Positions 36,550-50,246 of a DNA stretch of 64,000 nt are shown piece by piece. Positions within the stretch are counted from its first letter, which is position 1. Each line of letters starts with the position of its first letter. Below the pieces are notes generated by a model. That model was given only the letters and a program-made list of their open reading frames with translations. It was not told where the DNA came from and searched no databases. This DNA comes from Octopus sinensis (Eukaryota). The DNA is taken from assembly GCF_006345805.1 (NCBI RefSeq), contig NW_021832590.1:62001-126000 (forward strand). The letters run 5' to 3'. Position numbers and translations under genes: made by a program.

Positions 36550-39510
36550 TTATTATTATTATTAGAACCAAGATCACCGTCCAAAACACAAAACTAATTA
36601 ATCAGGTTATCCCGGCTTCTCTGAGGAGGGTCCTCAGCTTTGCCCGGTGCTCCTCCCTTGTCCCGGCACAATTTCTGTGAGGGCGCGGTGGTGGTGTTTT
36701 AGGCCCTGTAGCCCCGAGGTTTCTTCTCAAGATTTCATTAAATGGGGCGATGAGTAGATGTTTGTTCGGTCCCTGCAGTGCTTTTCGGAAGCGATCTTAA
36801 GTTTTCTCGATTTTAGTGCGGTTCGTTCCACTGATAAACCCTCCCCACGCCTCACAAGCATAGCTAAGGGAGGGTTCGAAGAATTGCCGGTATAAGGCTT
36901 GTCGTGGGGGGAAGCTGATACACTGTCTGCATTTACGAAGAAACACTTTCAAGATGTTCAGTTTCTTCATGCACCTCGTAGTAATATTATCGACTTGTTG
37001 AGAGAAACACATATGACTGTCGTAAGTCACCCCGAGGATTTTCTGAGATTTTTGAAACGGGATTTCCATGTTATTTAGGTACAGGTTCACCACCGTTTTC
37101 CCAAGCTTCCTTGCTGAGGTCATAAGCGTAATGACCGATTTTTCCGGACTCGTTGATAGTCGGTTTAGCGAGAGCCAACTTTCGAGATTGTTAAGGTGGT
37201 TCTGCAGTTTTGTACTCGCCGTGTTCACCTCACGGCTCCGGGTAGCAATTACGATATCGTCAGCGTATGATAAAATGATTGAGTCTTTGTCGTTTGGTAG
37301 CGGTAGATCCGATAAGAATAAGTTGAACAGGGCTGGTGAAAGGGGGGAGCCTTGAGGGACCCCGTTTGGAAAGTATCGAGACATCGATCTTGTATTGTTT
37401 TGTTGGATTCTGCCTCTTCGGCCGCTGAGGAAGTTAGCTAGCCACATTTTCAGTCTTGGGTGAATTCCACTAAGGTATATTTTCCTGGTCAGTATTTTTC
37501 TGGGAACGGAGTCAAAAGCCTTATGGATATCCACTGAGCACATAACCGTTTTTTGGTTATACGGTTTGGTAGATAGTCCATCTGAGATGAAGTTCGTCAA
37601 AGTGACAAGGTGCGAGGTGGTTGATTTACCACATTTAAATCCATGTTGAAAGTCCAAATCCGGGAGATATTGTTTGATGTGGTTGAGTATAAGTTTTTCC
37701 AGAACTTTGGAAAAGACGCAGAGGAGAGATATTGGCCTGTAGGACGCCGGGTTGTCTTTTGGTCTCCCTGGTTTCAGAATAGGGCGAATGTGTGCCATTT
37801 TCCATAGTGTGGGTATTGCGTTGTTGTTTATTGAAAAGTTGTAAATTTGACAAAGAGCTGATATTGCCACCGGTCCAAGGTTTTTCACCAGAATAGTAGG
37901 AATTCCGTCAGGTCCACAAGAGCCAGTGTTTCTTAAATTTCTGATGGTCTGAGACACCTCCTCTTGAGTGAGGATAATCATGTCCCGACATCTTCGAGGT
38001 TTCAACGACTTCAGGCATGGTCCATCGTATTTCCTGTGGGGGATGTTGCTGATCCCAGCGTAGAACTTTATCAGTTTGTTGGTGAAGGGAACCGCATTAT
38101 CCTCACGCGATTCAAATCTCTCAGGGTTTGTGAATCTTCTTAGGGAAGCCCATACTTTTGTTAGTGGGACCTCCGCAATTAATCCTCTGGCGAACTTTTC
38201 GGCCTTCCCGTATCGTTTGTCTTTTGCAGATTGTTTTATGAGTTTATTCAGTAGTCTGATCCGATGCCGGTTATCTTTTGTAAGATGAGAGCGACCTTTC
38301 AATGAGTTCCGTTCCTCGATTAGAGGTAGAATCCCCGACGGAAATTTTCTTACTGGTTTTGGGTAAATTTTCCTCATTCTTAAGAATGATTTTCTTCCAA
38401 TCAAAATTGTTCGGTAGAAGTGCTTGAGGGCGTTGTCGATCGAGTCGAAATCATGTACATCAAAGTTAACCAGTGCTTTGTCAGTGGAATAGGCAAAATT
38501 GACCCAATCTGCGTGCTTTTAGTCGTATTTCAGGTTGTGGAGCCCCTTTCTAATGGGCAATTTGACTTGGACTTTTATAATTAGCGGATTGTGATCGCTC
38601 CGTAGATCGTAGGTAACGCCCCATTTGACCAGAGGTGCGAGGTTGGAGGAACAGAGGGTCAGATCGGGGGAGGTAGGCTTGTCCTTGGTGTTGTATGGAG
38701 TTCTTGTGTGCAGTGAGGGGTTGTTCAGGATTACAAGGTTGTCCAATTGCTCGAGAATAGACTTTCCTCGGGAGTCAGCGGTTTGTGACTTTAACCAATG
38801 CGGGTGTTTTGCATTCAAGTCCCCACAAATAATTAGATTATCGTGATTATCAAACGGGCGTAGATCTGTGATAAAATGTTTCGGGCACGATCCTGTTAAT
38901 GGGATATACATATTGCAAATCACTATGTTTCCAAGTGAGGTGGGGATAGTAATTGCAGAAAATTCCAGACTCGTGTTTTTGCTTCCTTTAGAGCTGAGCG
39001 AAGGGGAGCTCTCCTGGTAAGTGATTCCCTTCTTAATAAGTGTTATGAGACCCCCTCCACGGCCTGAGGGTCTGTCCAGGCGTTCCATGTGGTAGTTGGG
39101 GAAACGTGGAGACCTCGAAGAAGGATTGAGTTTTGTTTCTTGGAGTACACATATGTCGATATCATGCTTGATCAAAAAGAGTTTAGTTCTGTTGATTTTC
39201 CAGTAACTCCGTTGATGTTCAGTTGGAGAATTGATATATGCCTCTTTGGGCCGGGATTAGGTTCCACATCCCCACAGATAGTGAGAAAGGCAAAACGGGA
39301 GAGTGAGGTCCACAGAGAAGGCCGCCCCGGACTGACGATAGTCGCGGGGGGATGAGCGAATGATTCTTTTTTCAATCCAATAACTGGATTTTTGCGCCAC
39401 CACAAAAGGCGAATCACACGACGCATGCTGCACAACACCTCGTGGCATTTAATACAAGTTATACTCGCTCTCCTTTCTTCATGACTTTGCGATGATGCCT
39501 GCCGAGGCAA
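36550..39510 (-). mobile_element. Single-ORF APE-RT non-LTR element (Ingi/Vingi-like) with 2A-like peptide
   Basis: Cys-rich N-terminus, GDVEPNPGP at 39247-39273, APE (LQETK, GDLNAKH, SDH), RT (GVPQGSPLSP, YADD), (TAA)n tail; a few stops and frameshifts. Confidence 0.85.
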
Positions 39511-39899
39511 GAGAATATTTTCAGTGCTGAATGAGCTAATAATGTGGCAAACTAAATTCTTTGAGGTATTGATTGATAAAAGGCCTTTGAAATTTTCGAA
39601 TATAGTTATTGTGATATTGAAATAGGCATTTTGGATTTTTTATGTATGCCAAACAAAGACATAAATTTTTTGCTATTTTTTGCATTTAGGTATAGTTTGA
39701 AAATGTAAGTGTGTTAAATGGGATAAAAAATTGTCTTGAAAAGAGGCGAAGTATTAATTGTAAAGGCGTGGAAAGGAGCCACTCTAAATAGCCATTTCTT
39801 TGATTCACAATAAAAAATAGCCCAAAACGCTTTTGTAGAGACTGGATAAATTGAACCAAACATTTAACCCGAAACAAAAATTCCTCAGCAAGAAGTATG

Positions 39900-40300
39900 A
39901 ATTTTGCTCAGCACTGTATCAGACATAAAAAAATGTTGACATTGATGTTGTTTTTGACTAGATGAAATGTGTGACTTTTATAATTGAGAGATATTGACTA
40001 AAGGCTATATTTAACTGCGACAGAACAAGACTATTCTATTGTTCCGCTTTTGATAAAACACTATCAGAAAAAGTTAATCATAACAATCGATTAAAAAAGT
40101 CGAAAGGACTTCTTACTATAATGCAATCATGCAGTTTGACAGAAGAAAAGCTAGAAGCAATTTTAATTGGCAAGTCTCGAAAACCCCGATGTTTTTAAGA
40201 ATATTAATCTGAATGAATTATCTGTTATTTACTGCTCCAATGCTGCAGTCTGGATGACATCGGAATTGTTTTCAAAATGGTTGCAAATGTGAACATGCAG
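39900..40300 (+). mobile_element. pogo/Tigger transposase remnant
   Basis: Broken LTIM.SCSLTEEKLEAILIGKSRKPRCF...AVWMTSELFSKWL. Confidence 0.65.
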
Positions 40301-40830
40301 ATAATAAACCAGAAACAAAAAACTATTGGTCTAGAATTACAAAGAGTATATCCTAGCATCACCCAATAGTGACCAGATTTTTTTGTGGCTTCGGCATTCA
40401 TCATTTTATGACTTAGTCTGTTTGATTTGTGTATAGCTGCATACACGGCATAGTCAGTTTTCAAAATATTTATTCGAGATCCCAATTATTCAATATTATT
40501 TGGGCTTTGAGTAAAATTTGGTGAAATACTTCCTTGTCAGTAGATACAAAGGCTACATCATCTCTATAGAGTAGGAGTGCCTACATTGGTGCTGAATTTT
40601 ATTGAATGTTTCGTTCGAATTTTCACGGATAGGTCAATTTCAGAAAGCAATAGACTTATTAGTCTCAGACAGTCGTCGTCAAGTAGTTTCTTTAGGCTAT
40701 TTATAAGTTTTGCTATTTTGTAGAATTTCCAGGTATACAGCGTCTCCATAGCCAACTGTTTTAATGTATTTAAGATCTTCCGAAGACCAATGGAATGAAT
40801 ATGTCGTGTATGCAGCATAAACGCTGATAT
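40300..40830 (-). mobile_element. RTE RT remnant with internal deletions
   Basis: LKKLLDDDCLRLISLLLSEIDLSVKI...STNVGTP, similar to the RTE at 43500-43700. Confidence 0.6.
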
Positions 40831-40939
40831 CAGTCATCATAGTTTTGCTTAAAAATGATTAAAAAGTTGCATCACATAACAAGGTCATAAACTGTCCAGA
40901 TTGTATGCACGCAGTTTATTACGTTTAAGTTGATTGCAA

Positions 40940-43900
40940 AACCGTGAGGTTTGACGGAGAGAAGGAAAGGGAGATCTATCCATTAGAGAAACCAACAGTT
41001 GAATGTTTGATTCACACAGCTGTGAACTAACGTAACTAAAAACACAAAAAACTTCAAATATGCGAACTTCCCAAGAGTGGTGGCTGCAGTTATAATTAGA
41101 GAACGGTCTTTGATTTTCGAGCCGTGGCAGATCTCCAACAAGAGAGGCGCGACTTCGGTCAGTAGTCCATTCCCTACGAATGTAGGTAGAGCCTTGAAAC
41201 AAACCAGTTACAATCTCAGTGTCGCATATTCGGCGGATTATTTCACCATCCCAATCGGCAATGTTTACTTCTGACAAATCAAACTTTGACATATCTTTCT
41301 TTTTCTACTCAATTGAATTAAAAATGTAATTGAACTTTGTTTTTGTCCTTTATTAGGTCACGCATTTGTCTAAAGCATTTCGTCATATCTTTCAAACACT
41401 TTAATGACCATTCCTATCACCTCCGAACAAAATCCACTCCATCTGGACATTCTTTTATCTCTGAATGCTAATCCATTAAAAAAAGCACAACTTTGACAAA
41501 ATATTGAAAACACCTCTTCGCAAGCCAAATGTGACTTTGACAGTCAAAAAGAAAGATGCTTTGGATTATGAAATATTTGATTTACTTCATTTTTGACGAG
41601 ACAGAGATTAGAGAGTGCTGCCATTGTGTTTGTGGCAAAAAATATGTCTCGCCTGATTCGGTCAATCGAAAGCACTGCCGACGTTATAATGTCGATATTA
41701 TTAAGAATTAACTCGGGATTCGAACTGAAATATCAGAAAGAAACACCTTGCGACTTCTCTGAACAAAATGACTAAATAAGAAGATTCGTCGTAGTTAAAA
41801 ATTTCCACAAACTTTTTCAGAATGTGTTTAAAAGTGTTGAGGGATATGTTTCCCGATGAGTACAACTCATTCACCTCAAAACTCAAAAAAACAGCCAACC
41901 AATTTCTCAAACCCGCTAAAATGATAATTCAGCTTGACAAGTTGACTAAATTCCACCAAAATATCCATTGCATACACGACAAATTGGGAGTAGTTGAATC
42001 ACAACAAATGCATACACGCAATTTGAACGCAAAAAATATATTTTACGGAAAGCTTCAAAAGCAATTTTTCTAATTGAACTGTCCGTGGAGAGAACCAGCG
42101 TGAGGATATCCACAAGTCCACCCGAACAACAATCCATCCCAAACTCCATTCCCGTCACGTAGAAATCAACTGCCTCTGCCACATCGGAGGCCGAACTGCC
42201 ACTCAACAGGAGTCCGACGAGTGGAATAGCTGCTTGAACGTGCTGAATGTAAGAAGCACAATCCTGGAAATATTAACTCGGAACAACCGAGAGGTATTGC
42301 ACTAAGATCATCTGTTTTCCCACCTCTTCACTCACCAGTTCCTCCTGCTCGAATACTGTGGACCTTGTTTGTCCATCTACGGACATTTGGGGGTCGGGGA
42401 TATCAGAATTATCCACGTGGGAATCCTCTTGTTTCATATTTTTCAATTTGAGAATCTCAGAGTCCCTCCGTGCTGCCACTTCGTCATAAGAAGCCTAAAA
42501 TGGACGAAACAGCTACGTTGATAGCAAAGGGGTTATTTCTTAGAAAAGCAATCAGAAGCTGAGCTCCTCGCTTCCTGACCAACGTAGATTTGTCGTGAAG
42601 CCAGCCAATGAGCAACTCCATGACAGAACCCAACATTGATAAAGGCATAGCCAGGTTCGACACGATCAGAGTCCATGTTTAAAGGACTTTAACTCTGACA
42701 AATGCGTTGATATCATGAATGTGCTCCAACAGTGAATCCAGCAGACTATTCCGTGTTTTTTTCTGGTTTTGACTGAGATTATCCCCGTTGAGGTGTTTGA
42801 TTACTATTTGCCCGTATATTCCGACTATGGCACTCCTTAGGACGGGATGCTGTCATATATACTATCCAAACATTAAAACTGAGGTAGGAATCCAACAAAT
42901 GCAGATTAGTTGCCATCTGATCGGGGATTTCTCTCCCAAAACGGTCAGAAAAATACTCACATTGCGAGTCCGGGCCGATTCCTGTAAAGGATCAACCAAA
43001 TTAAGTCTTCCAATCTCCCTGAAGTGAGACTAAACTGAACAACCCTAGAATGTTGATGGGAAGAATTCCAATCTTCCTTTTGGACAACATATTCGACAGA
43101 TTCTCCGATAAGACAACCAAGATAGTTGTGGGAATCTGACAAAATTCCAATCGAGTCGACAACGCGGTCTCTAATTTCACGTATTGATGACATTTCATTA
43201 TTTGTAGACACAAATATTTGGAATAAACAATTTCCAATCAAACTAAAAGAGTTCCAACTTTTTTCGAGTTTCGCCATTTTTCGTCTGTTCTATTTGCCTC
43301 CCGGTTGATTGTTACATATTCGGTTTTTTCTATGTTCACTTTTAAGAACCATTTTTCCAGTGCCTGAGGAGCAATGTTCAGCAGTTCTTCGAGAGTCGAC
43401 TTATCATGAGACAAAAAGTCTACATCGTCGGCATATATCACTTCAGTTATTGAAGTAGACTTCACTAGTTTTCTCAGATCTCTTAGTGCCGCTTCAAGAT
43501 AGACAATGAATAGTACAGGTGATATTGAATCACCTTGGGGCGTTCCAATGCTTGTTTTGAAAGATCTTGATTGTACGGGTCCGATCTTCACCGTTAACTC
43601 GGTGTCTATAAGTAGTGCTCGAACCATTCTGATCGAGTCATTGTCAAGAATAGTTTTGAGGATCTCCATTAGCTTGTCTCTGCGGATTGTATCAAATGCC
43701 CTGCTCATATCAATGCCCAATATTGTGGTCGCCATTTTAAATTTCTGAGATATGGCACAGATCCATCTATGTCCCCATACTACATCTGCAGTTGATCGCC
43801 CAGGCCTGAATCCACTTTGGCTAGCCGACAGATATTCATTAACAGGGTCCTTAATACGTTCCAGTGTTACGAGCGAGAAGATTTTCCTTATTGTGTTCAA

Positions 43901-46622
43901 GAGTATGATTGGGCGAATGTTGTTAAGAGGACCTTGCGGCTTGTTGGGTTTTTGGAGAGGAATTAGCGTTCCTTTCCCAATAGGCGGTATGGTATTTCCA
44001 TGGAACATCTCGTTCAGGAGATTTGTGATTATAGTTGAGATCTCCATTGGGGAGTACTTTATCAATTCACCGTTGATGTTGTCTGGACCCGCCGCACGGT
44101 TGTTTTTTAATTTTTTTATAGCCTTCAAAACTTCAAGGTGTGTTATTTTGTTGTTTAGATAACGTTCTTCACCCTCATCGAGAGCATCGGCCCTGCCATT
44201 GAATAGTATTTCGAAGTGGTCGGCGATTGTATTTACCATTTCGATTGGGTTTCCAATTGTTTTCCCATGTTCATCGTGCACAACCAGTTTTGTTTTCTGT
44301 TGTCGTCGGCGTAGTAGTCTGATGGCTGCGTACATTTGCGCACCATCCTTTAAGTCTTCAACTTCTGATATTCGAGAGTTTAATAAAGCTTTCACGTATT
44401 TAAGATTTTCCTTCTTGATTGTTCTCGATATTTTCCTACGTTCTCTTTTGAGTTTTTCCTTTGCCTCCTTGTCGTTGGTGTTTTCAATTTTCAGTTGGAT
44501 GGCTTTTTGTTTTGTTGCCATTTCGGCAACATTTGGATTCAATGGGTTTGAGTGGTTTCTGAATGCAGTCGTTCCAATGGTTTCCGTTGCGGCTTTGTGA
44601 ATAAGTTTTTCTAATATATCCCAGCTTTTGTTTGGGTCTTTTACCGTTTCTGTTACTTTTAGGTTTTCGATGATTGCCTGGGAGTATTTTTCCTTGGTAA
44701 CATCTGATGTAATCAGTTTTTCCACTGAGTATCTAATTCGGTTTGATTCATTTTCTTTTGAAAGAGGCGATCCAAAAATTCTTTTCAGTCTCAATCGTGC
44801 CACAATGACTTTGTGATCGCTCAGTGTAAGTGCCCCGCCATATGACCTGGCATCCAGCAATCGATGTTTTTCTTCTTGTCTACAGATGATATAATCGATT
44901 TGATTATAGATGTTGACGTACTCCCCATTTTTGTTTCTTCTAGTCCCGGTCCACGTGGTTTTATGACGTGCCGCATGAGGAAAGACCGTATTGCATAGCA
45001 GTAGCTTGAATATGCTGCAGAAGTTCACAAGCATTTCACCTGGTGCATTTCTTATCCCCCGTCCATGTCTGCCCATGAACACTTCTTCACCACGGCCTTT
45101 GCCTGCCTTAGCATTCCAATCACCGGCAATTAGTATAAGGAAGGATGTTTTTATACTCGTGTAGGTCTTTGATAGCATGTGATAGAAAGAGTCTAGTTCA
45201 TCCACGTTCTTCTTCAGTCTTCCACTTTGTGGGGCGTAGACATTTATAATGCTGATTATTCGATCCGTGTTGGTCAAAGGAGATAGTGAAGACATTATGA
45301 GGAGAAAGATGCTATCGACTGTTGCACTTAACAAACTGCGGACAACTTGGCTACGAAACCGCGAGGTTGGAACGGCCTTACGTGCCAAATTATACAATGC
45401 TTTTATTAAACCCATACTTTTGTACAACGGAGGAACATGGGGAATATCTGAGTCTGAATCAAAATCTCTTGATGCATTCCATAGAAGACAGTTAAGAATT
45501 CTTATTGGCATCAACTGGCCAAAGAAAATCAAGAACTCCACCCTATACAATATCTGCAACAGCAGACCCGTCAGTGTGGACATTACCGAAGCACGTTGGC
45601 GCCTATTGGGCCACATTCTAAGACTCGACCAGGATGTTTATGCTAACTGGGCAATGGAATCATATTACGCAAAGGACGAAAGATCTGCGTCCCGAGGACG
45701 CCCACGAAATACATTACCTATTGTAATCTCAAAAGAACTACAACGCGTTAAAAGACAACTGAAAAATGGAGACGACCTAGATACTCTCAGGAGTATAGCA
45801 TACAACCGCACATCATGGAAAATTATGACCGAAAAGATAGTCTCATATGTGGCACATGTGGGAACTTAATTAGTTTAAATTACATTATGTTCCTATGACA
45901 GTGCTAATAATAATAATAATAATAATCAAACTAAATTCAGTTTCGACAGACCAAACTTGATTAAAGCAGTGTCCGCTATTGGAGGGACCCATAACTTAGA
46001 AATGTCACAATTTAAAAGTTTCCAGAAGAAATTGACAATGTGATCGCAGTTTTCATCCCAAAAAACGGAAATGTTGCTTTTTTGGAACATATTTTTGGAT
46101 TTACCGGTCTGGAATTTACATTTTTATTTGTCACTTGTTTTGCTGTTATTTGCACCGTGGCCTTGGAGTCGGAAAAAAACATTTCGACAAAATTTGCCAT
46201 TAAAAAGCAGTACATTTTGAGATAAACTGACAGATTTTTGTCAGACTGGTCCTTTGATCCTCTTTGATCAAAATGTTCGGACAATGACACTAAAAAGATT
46301 CGACTTTCTTTAGTTTTAAACAAATTAAGGAACATTCTTTAAATAATTTGAAGACTTCTATGATGAAGCTATCCTTCAGTTGTTTTGATTGTCTAAAATA
46401 CACAGAATATTTTTCTTACGTAATTGTGCTTATGTAGCCGTCGAGAGAAAACGATTTTGCAGTTGCTGAATAGATTAAAAGAATTTGTAATTTACAGTGG
46501 AGTAGAAGAGGAAGACTTTTGCATTGAATAATGCTATCAACAGAGAATAGTGAGGGACGTGAATTGCTTATTAAATCGTCCTTTTTCGCAGATATCTCAA
46601 AATCCAACAACGTAGAATTCAT
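40940..46622 (-). pseudogene. NCAPD2: Condensin I subunit CAP-D2 pseudogene
   Basis: HIHDINAFVRVKVL, LHDKSTLVRKRGAQLLIAFLRNNPF, KQMILVQYL, EIIRRICDTEIV, LCESNIQLL..LMDRSPFP; in-frame TAA at 42679-42681, 2.7-kb RTE insertion, C-terminus missing. Confidence 0.85.
43248..45923. mobile_element. RTE retrotransposon with 5' inversion (43248-45278 minus, 45279-45923 plus)
   Basis: Minus ORF ends KKVGTLL and plus ORF resumes GDSEDI; (TAA)n tail; 12-bp TSD AATCAAACTAAA (43236-43247 and 45924-45935). Confidence 0.92.
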
Positions 46623-46697
46623 AACGAATCTAAAGCGGTATTTTATTTTAATTAAATATATAAATCACAAGAAATGTAATTTTAGTAATTAAAAATA

Positions 46698-46993
46698 TTA
46701 TTTTTTAGTCTTTAAAAATGGAAGATAACAACGATCAAACAAATCCTTTGCTGTGTTAGCTGCAACTTCAATTTTGGGGGTTTTATACGAAACATAAGGT
46801 TTGAGCTAAAAAAAGTCAAAAATAAAAAACCCTGAAAACCAGTCAAATCAGGAACAATAAAGTCGGGGATCATCTCAGGGACAGTCACTTTCTCTCCCGT
46901 AGGAGGGTCACCACACTTTTGTTGGCCCCCCTTCTGATCAACAATGAGATTTCAAACTAGACACAATTGGCTTATGTGTTCTAAAATCGGCAT
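46698..46993 (-). CDS. MRPL41: Mitochondrial ribosomal protein mL41 (short N-terminus; second splice donor 1 nt out of frame)
   Basis: VPEMIPDFIVPDLTGFQ / LKPYVSYK signature; 24-nt introns 46934-46957 and 46806-46829. Confidence 0.7.
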
Positions 46994-47062
46994 GATTTCC
47001 CACTCAGAAAGACCCCGAGTTTATTTCTGGGTATACCGTAACCAAATAAAAACAGCTTTTAC

Positions 47063-47513
<451 letters not shown>

Positions 47514-47519
47514 CTACCT

Positions 47520-48005
47520 GGGTTAGATACAACCAAAAAATACACCAGATATATTTGGTAATAATTTTTCAACATGAACAGGGAAAAAAGAGAATGGACA
47601 GAAATAAGACGAATAAATAACCCAGTCGAAGATAATAGAGAAACACTAAGGAGACAGTGAGGATATCATATGAGGAAAAAAATTGGCAAACGCGGCATTA
47701 AACAGGCTGAAAAACCTATTGCTAAAACGGAAAGGGAATAACAAAAAACAAATAATAATGCTATACGACACATTTATCAAACCAATCCTCTTATACAACT
47801 CTGGGACATGGAGAACAACAAATGAGGAATTGGGAGGCTCGACTCGTTTTACATGAATCATTTAAAAAACATAACGGGAATGTCCTGGCCATCCAGGATC
47901 TCGCAGAGTAGACTGTACAATAAGTGTGACTGTACGCCAATAAGTTGCGAGATTATTAGCTCTTGTTGGAGACTTTTTGGACACATTCTGAGGTTAGACC
48001 GAGGA
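47520..48005 (+). mobile_element. RTE 3' remnant
   Basis: Broken peptide ...WPSRISQSRLYNKCDCTPIS...WRLFGHILRLD. Confidence 0.65.
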
Positions 48006-48079
48006 GTATTTTGGTTATAAAAAATTAAAAGGATAAAAATATAAATAAATTAAATAAACGTTGCAGGTTTATTTTTGTT

Positions 48080-48612
48080 ATGATTGCAATCCGGCGAGCT
48101 AAGGTTTGAACCTTGTCATAAACACATAGAAAAAAGGTGGAAGATTTAATAAAAATGCAGCATTGTAATCTTTTGTGCCTCCCCGAGAACTACCAACTAA
48201 AATACTACTCCTACCATCTTCTTTCATGGCCACAAATTTCCTACGTTGCTGAATCAGGGAATCAAATCGTGGGATATGTCTTGGCCAAAATGGAAGAGGA
48301 GGCTGTCCAGGCACCCCACGGACATATCACCTCCCTGGTAGTGCATTTAAACATTCCCAGGCTGTAAAGCGGACATACCGAAAGTACGGAATTGCCAGGA
48401 AACTGATGGAATTGGCCTGCCAGGCAATGGACGAGTGTTTTGGAGCAGAGAAGGTGACATTGCATGTCCGCATATCCAATCGTCCGGCCTACAATCTTTA
48501 TAACAACAGTCTTGGTTTTAGTGTGACCAATGTGGAGCCCAAATACTACGCAGACGGGGAAGATGCCTATGCCATGTCCAGACCTGTTCGGCCTTTCCTT
48601 AATAATTCTTAA
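48080..48612 (+). CDS. NAA10: N-alpha-acetyltransferase 10, intact 158 aa, 3 exons (48080-48103, 48137-48337, 48361-48612)
   Basis: [25 protein letters not shown]|[15 protein letters not shown]; 33-nt and 23-nt GT-AG introns keep frame. Confidence 0.95.
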
Positions 48613-49589
48613 CTTGATTGATTATATTTGGTTTTAAATTCAATAATGATATGTTGTACAATGTCAGTAGTTTTTGGTAGTTATAATTTAATTGTCGAAT
48701 CATGGAAGAACGTTCTATATTTTTTTTAAATTTTCATAGTGACGGGAAATTTATGGTTTTTCCAAATATTAACAATAGGTTCTAGAGGTAGTCCTATTTT
48801 AGCAAATAGTTGCCATCGACTATTATTTTTCAAAACAAGTTTTTTCATAAGGCAATTAAGTTGTCCACTACAAGATAATTTAGTGTGAATTAAATGTGCA
48901 ATAAATTTTACGTGGAATAAATTAGGATGCGTATTTTTAGTGTTTTCCGGCTGAATTCATATACTTTTCAGGGTCGGTTAATAACAAGTAAAAATTTTTC
49001 CTCGCAACATTTGTACATCCAATCGTATCATCCACAATCTGACATACAATTGATGTATTTGGCGAAAAATCTAATGGTATACAATCGATGAGATAGCTGA
49101 TTGAAAATCCGTTATTTTCCCAATAAAAATATTTACATATTTTTCTTTAGCGACATCATCCACACTTAAGAAAACTAATTATCTTATCGACACGTCGTTC
49201 GGCAAAAATTTTGACAATATTTCGAAATTTGAATTCAGAAAGTAACTCGAATCCGATAGTATTTTTAAAAATTGATTAACGCAGAAGGAAGGGAATATTT
49301 ACTGAAACAAATGTTTTAGTTAGATTTAGTGAAAAATATTCGCATCAGCAGCACTGGGAAAAAACATTTCAATCGTCTTTTTAGATTCGTTTATAAGTGA
49401 AATATTTTTTTGCATAAATCTATGTTTTTCAACAAACCATTTTTATGGCATATTACACAAATATCGCATAAATTAGAGTATAATGCTCCATCCGAGGTAA
49501 TTGAAAATTAATAGTGAAATTCTCGAGGCTTTCGAGATAGACTTTTTCGACTTAGGCATCACAACGACAATTAAATAATAGTCAGCATG

Positions 49590-49960
49590 TCACAACAACA
49601 ATGGAACAGGGACTTTCCTGGTGACAACTTCCCTTTTAATCTTTACCGTAATAGGGTTGTGGCCGCTTCTCGTTTCGTAGAGGACTGATCAGTCCGTAGT
49701 TGATGCGAGAAAAGAAGAACATAGAGCTACATCGGGTTACGAAGGCTTATCAGTCACTCTGAGTGGAATTCTTGTGTTCATCGATGGATCGTTCAGAATT
49801 GTTAAAGAGTACAATTGGGAAGGTAAAAGTTCTCCTCTCGTTTTCGCCGACTGGGTTGACAGCCAAAGGGGGTGTTTCGCATTCAGGATGCGTGCCAGGT
49901 TAGAGAAAGTTGGGAGGCTAAAGCTCCTCGGACAAGAACCGGAAGGTTGAATGTACATGT
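49590..49960 (-). mobile_element. APE endonuclease fragment of the Ingi/Vingi-like family
   Basis: LNAKHPLWL...LTILNDPSMNTRIP...DKPS parallels 38650-38850. Confidence 0.7.
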
Positions 49961-50246
49961 TGACCGACCATAATCGTCCCTTCGTTGTTCAAAGCGAGAT
50001 CCCGATTAACTCGGACTTTATTTACTCTAAAGATGACAACATTAGTGAATTTCTTAAAGATGAAAATGACAATTTAGAAAACACAACTAATGAAAATTGT
50101 GAAACAAACAAATGTACAGTAAACATTGGTTAATTGCACAGCATTTGTCCACGATATATGCAATTATCAGATATTATAATTAATAATTTTTGTTAACAGG
50201 CAAGAAAAGAAAAAACATTTAAAAAACTTATTAATTTTAGACTGTC

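Noticed and set aside
42679-42681. TAA read as Gln (alternative genetic code), suggested by TAA at a conserved Q in NCAPD2
   Set aside because: TAA terminates NAA10, ZER1, beta-CA and the TSP-Ig gene normally; a C-to-T nonsense change in a gene with other lesions is simpler
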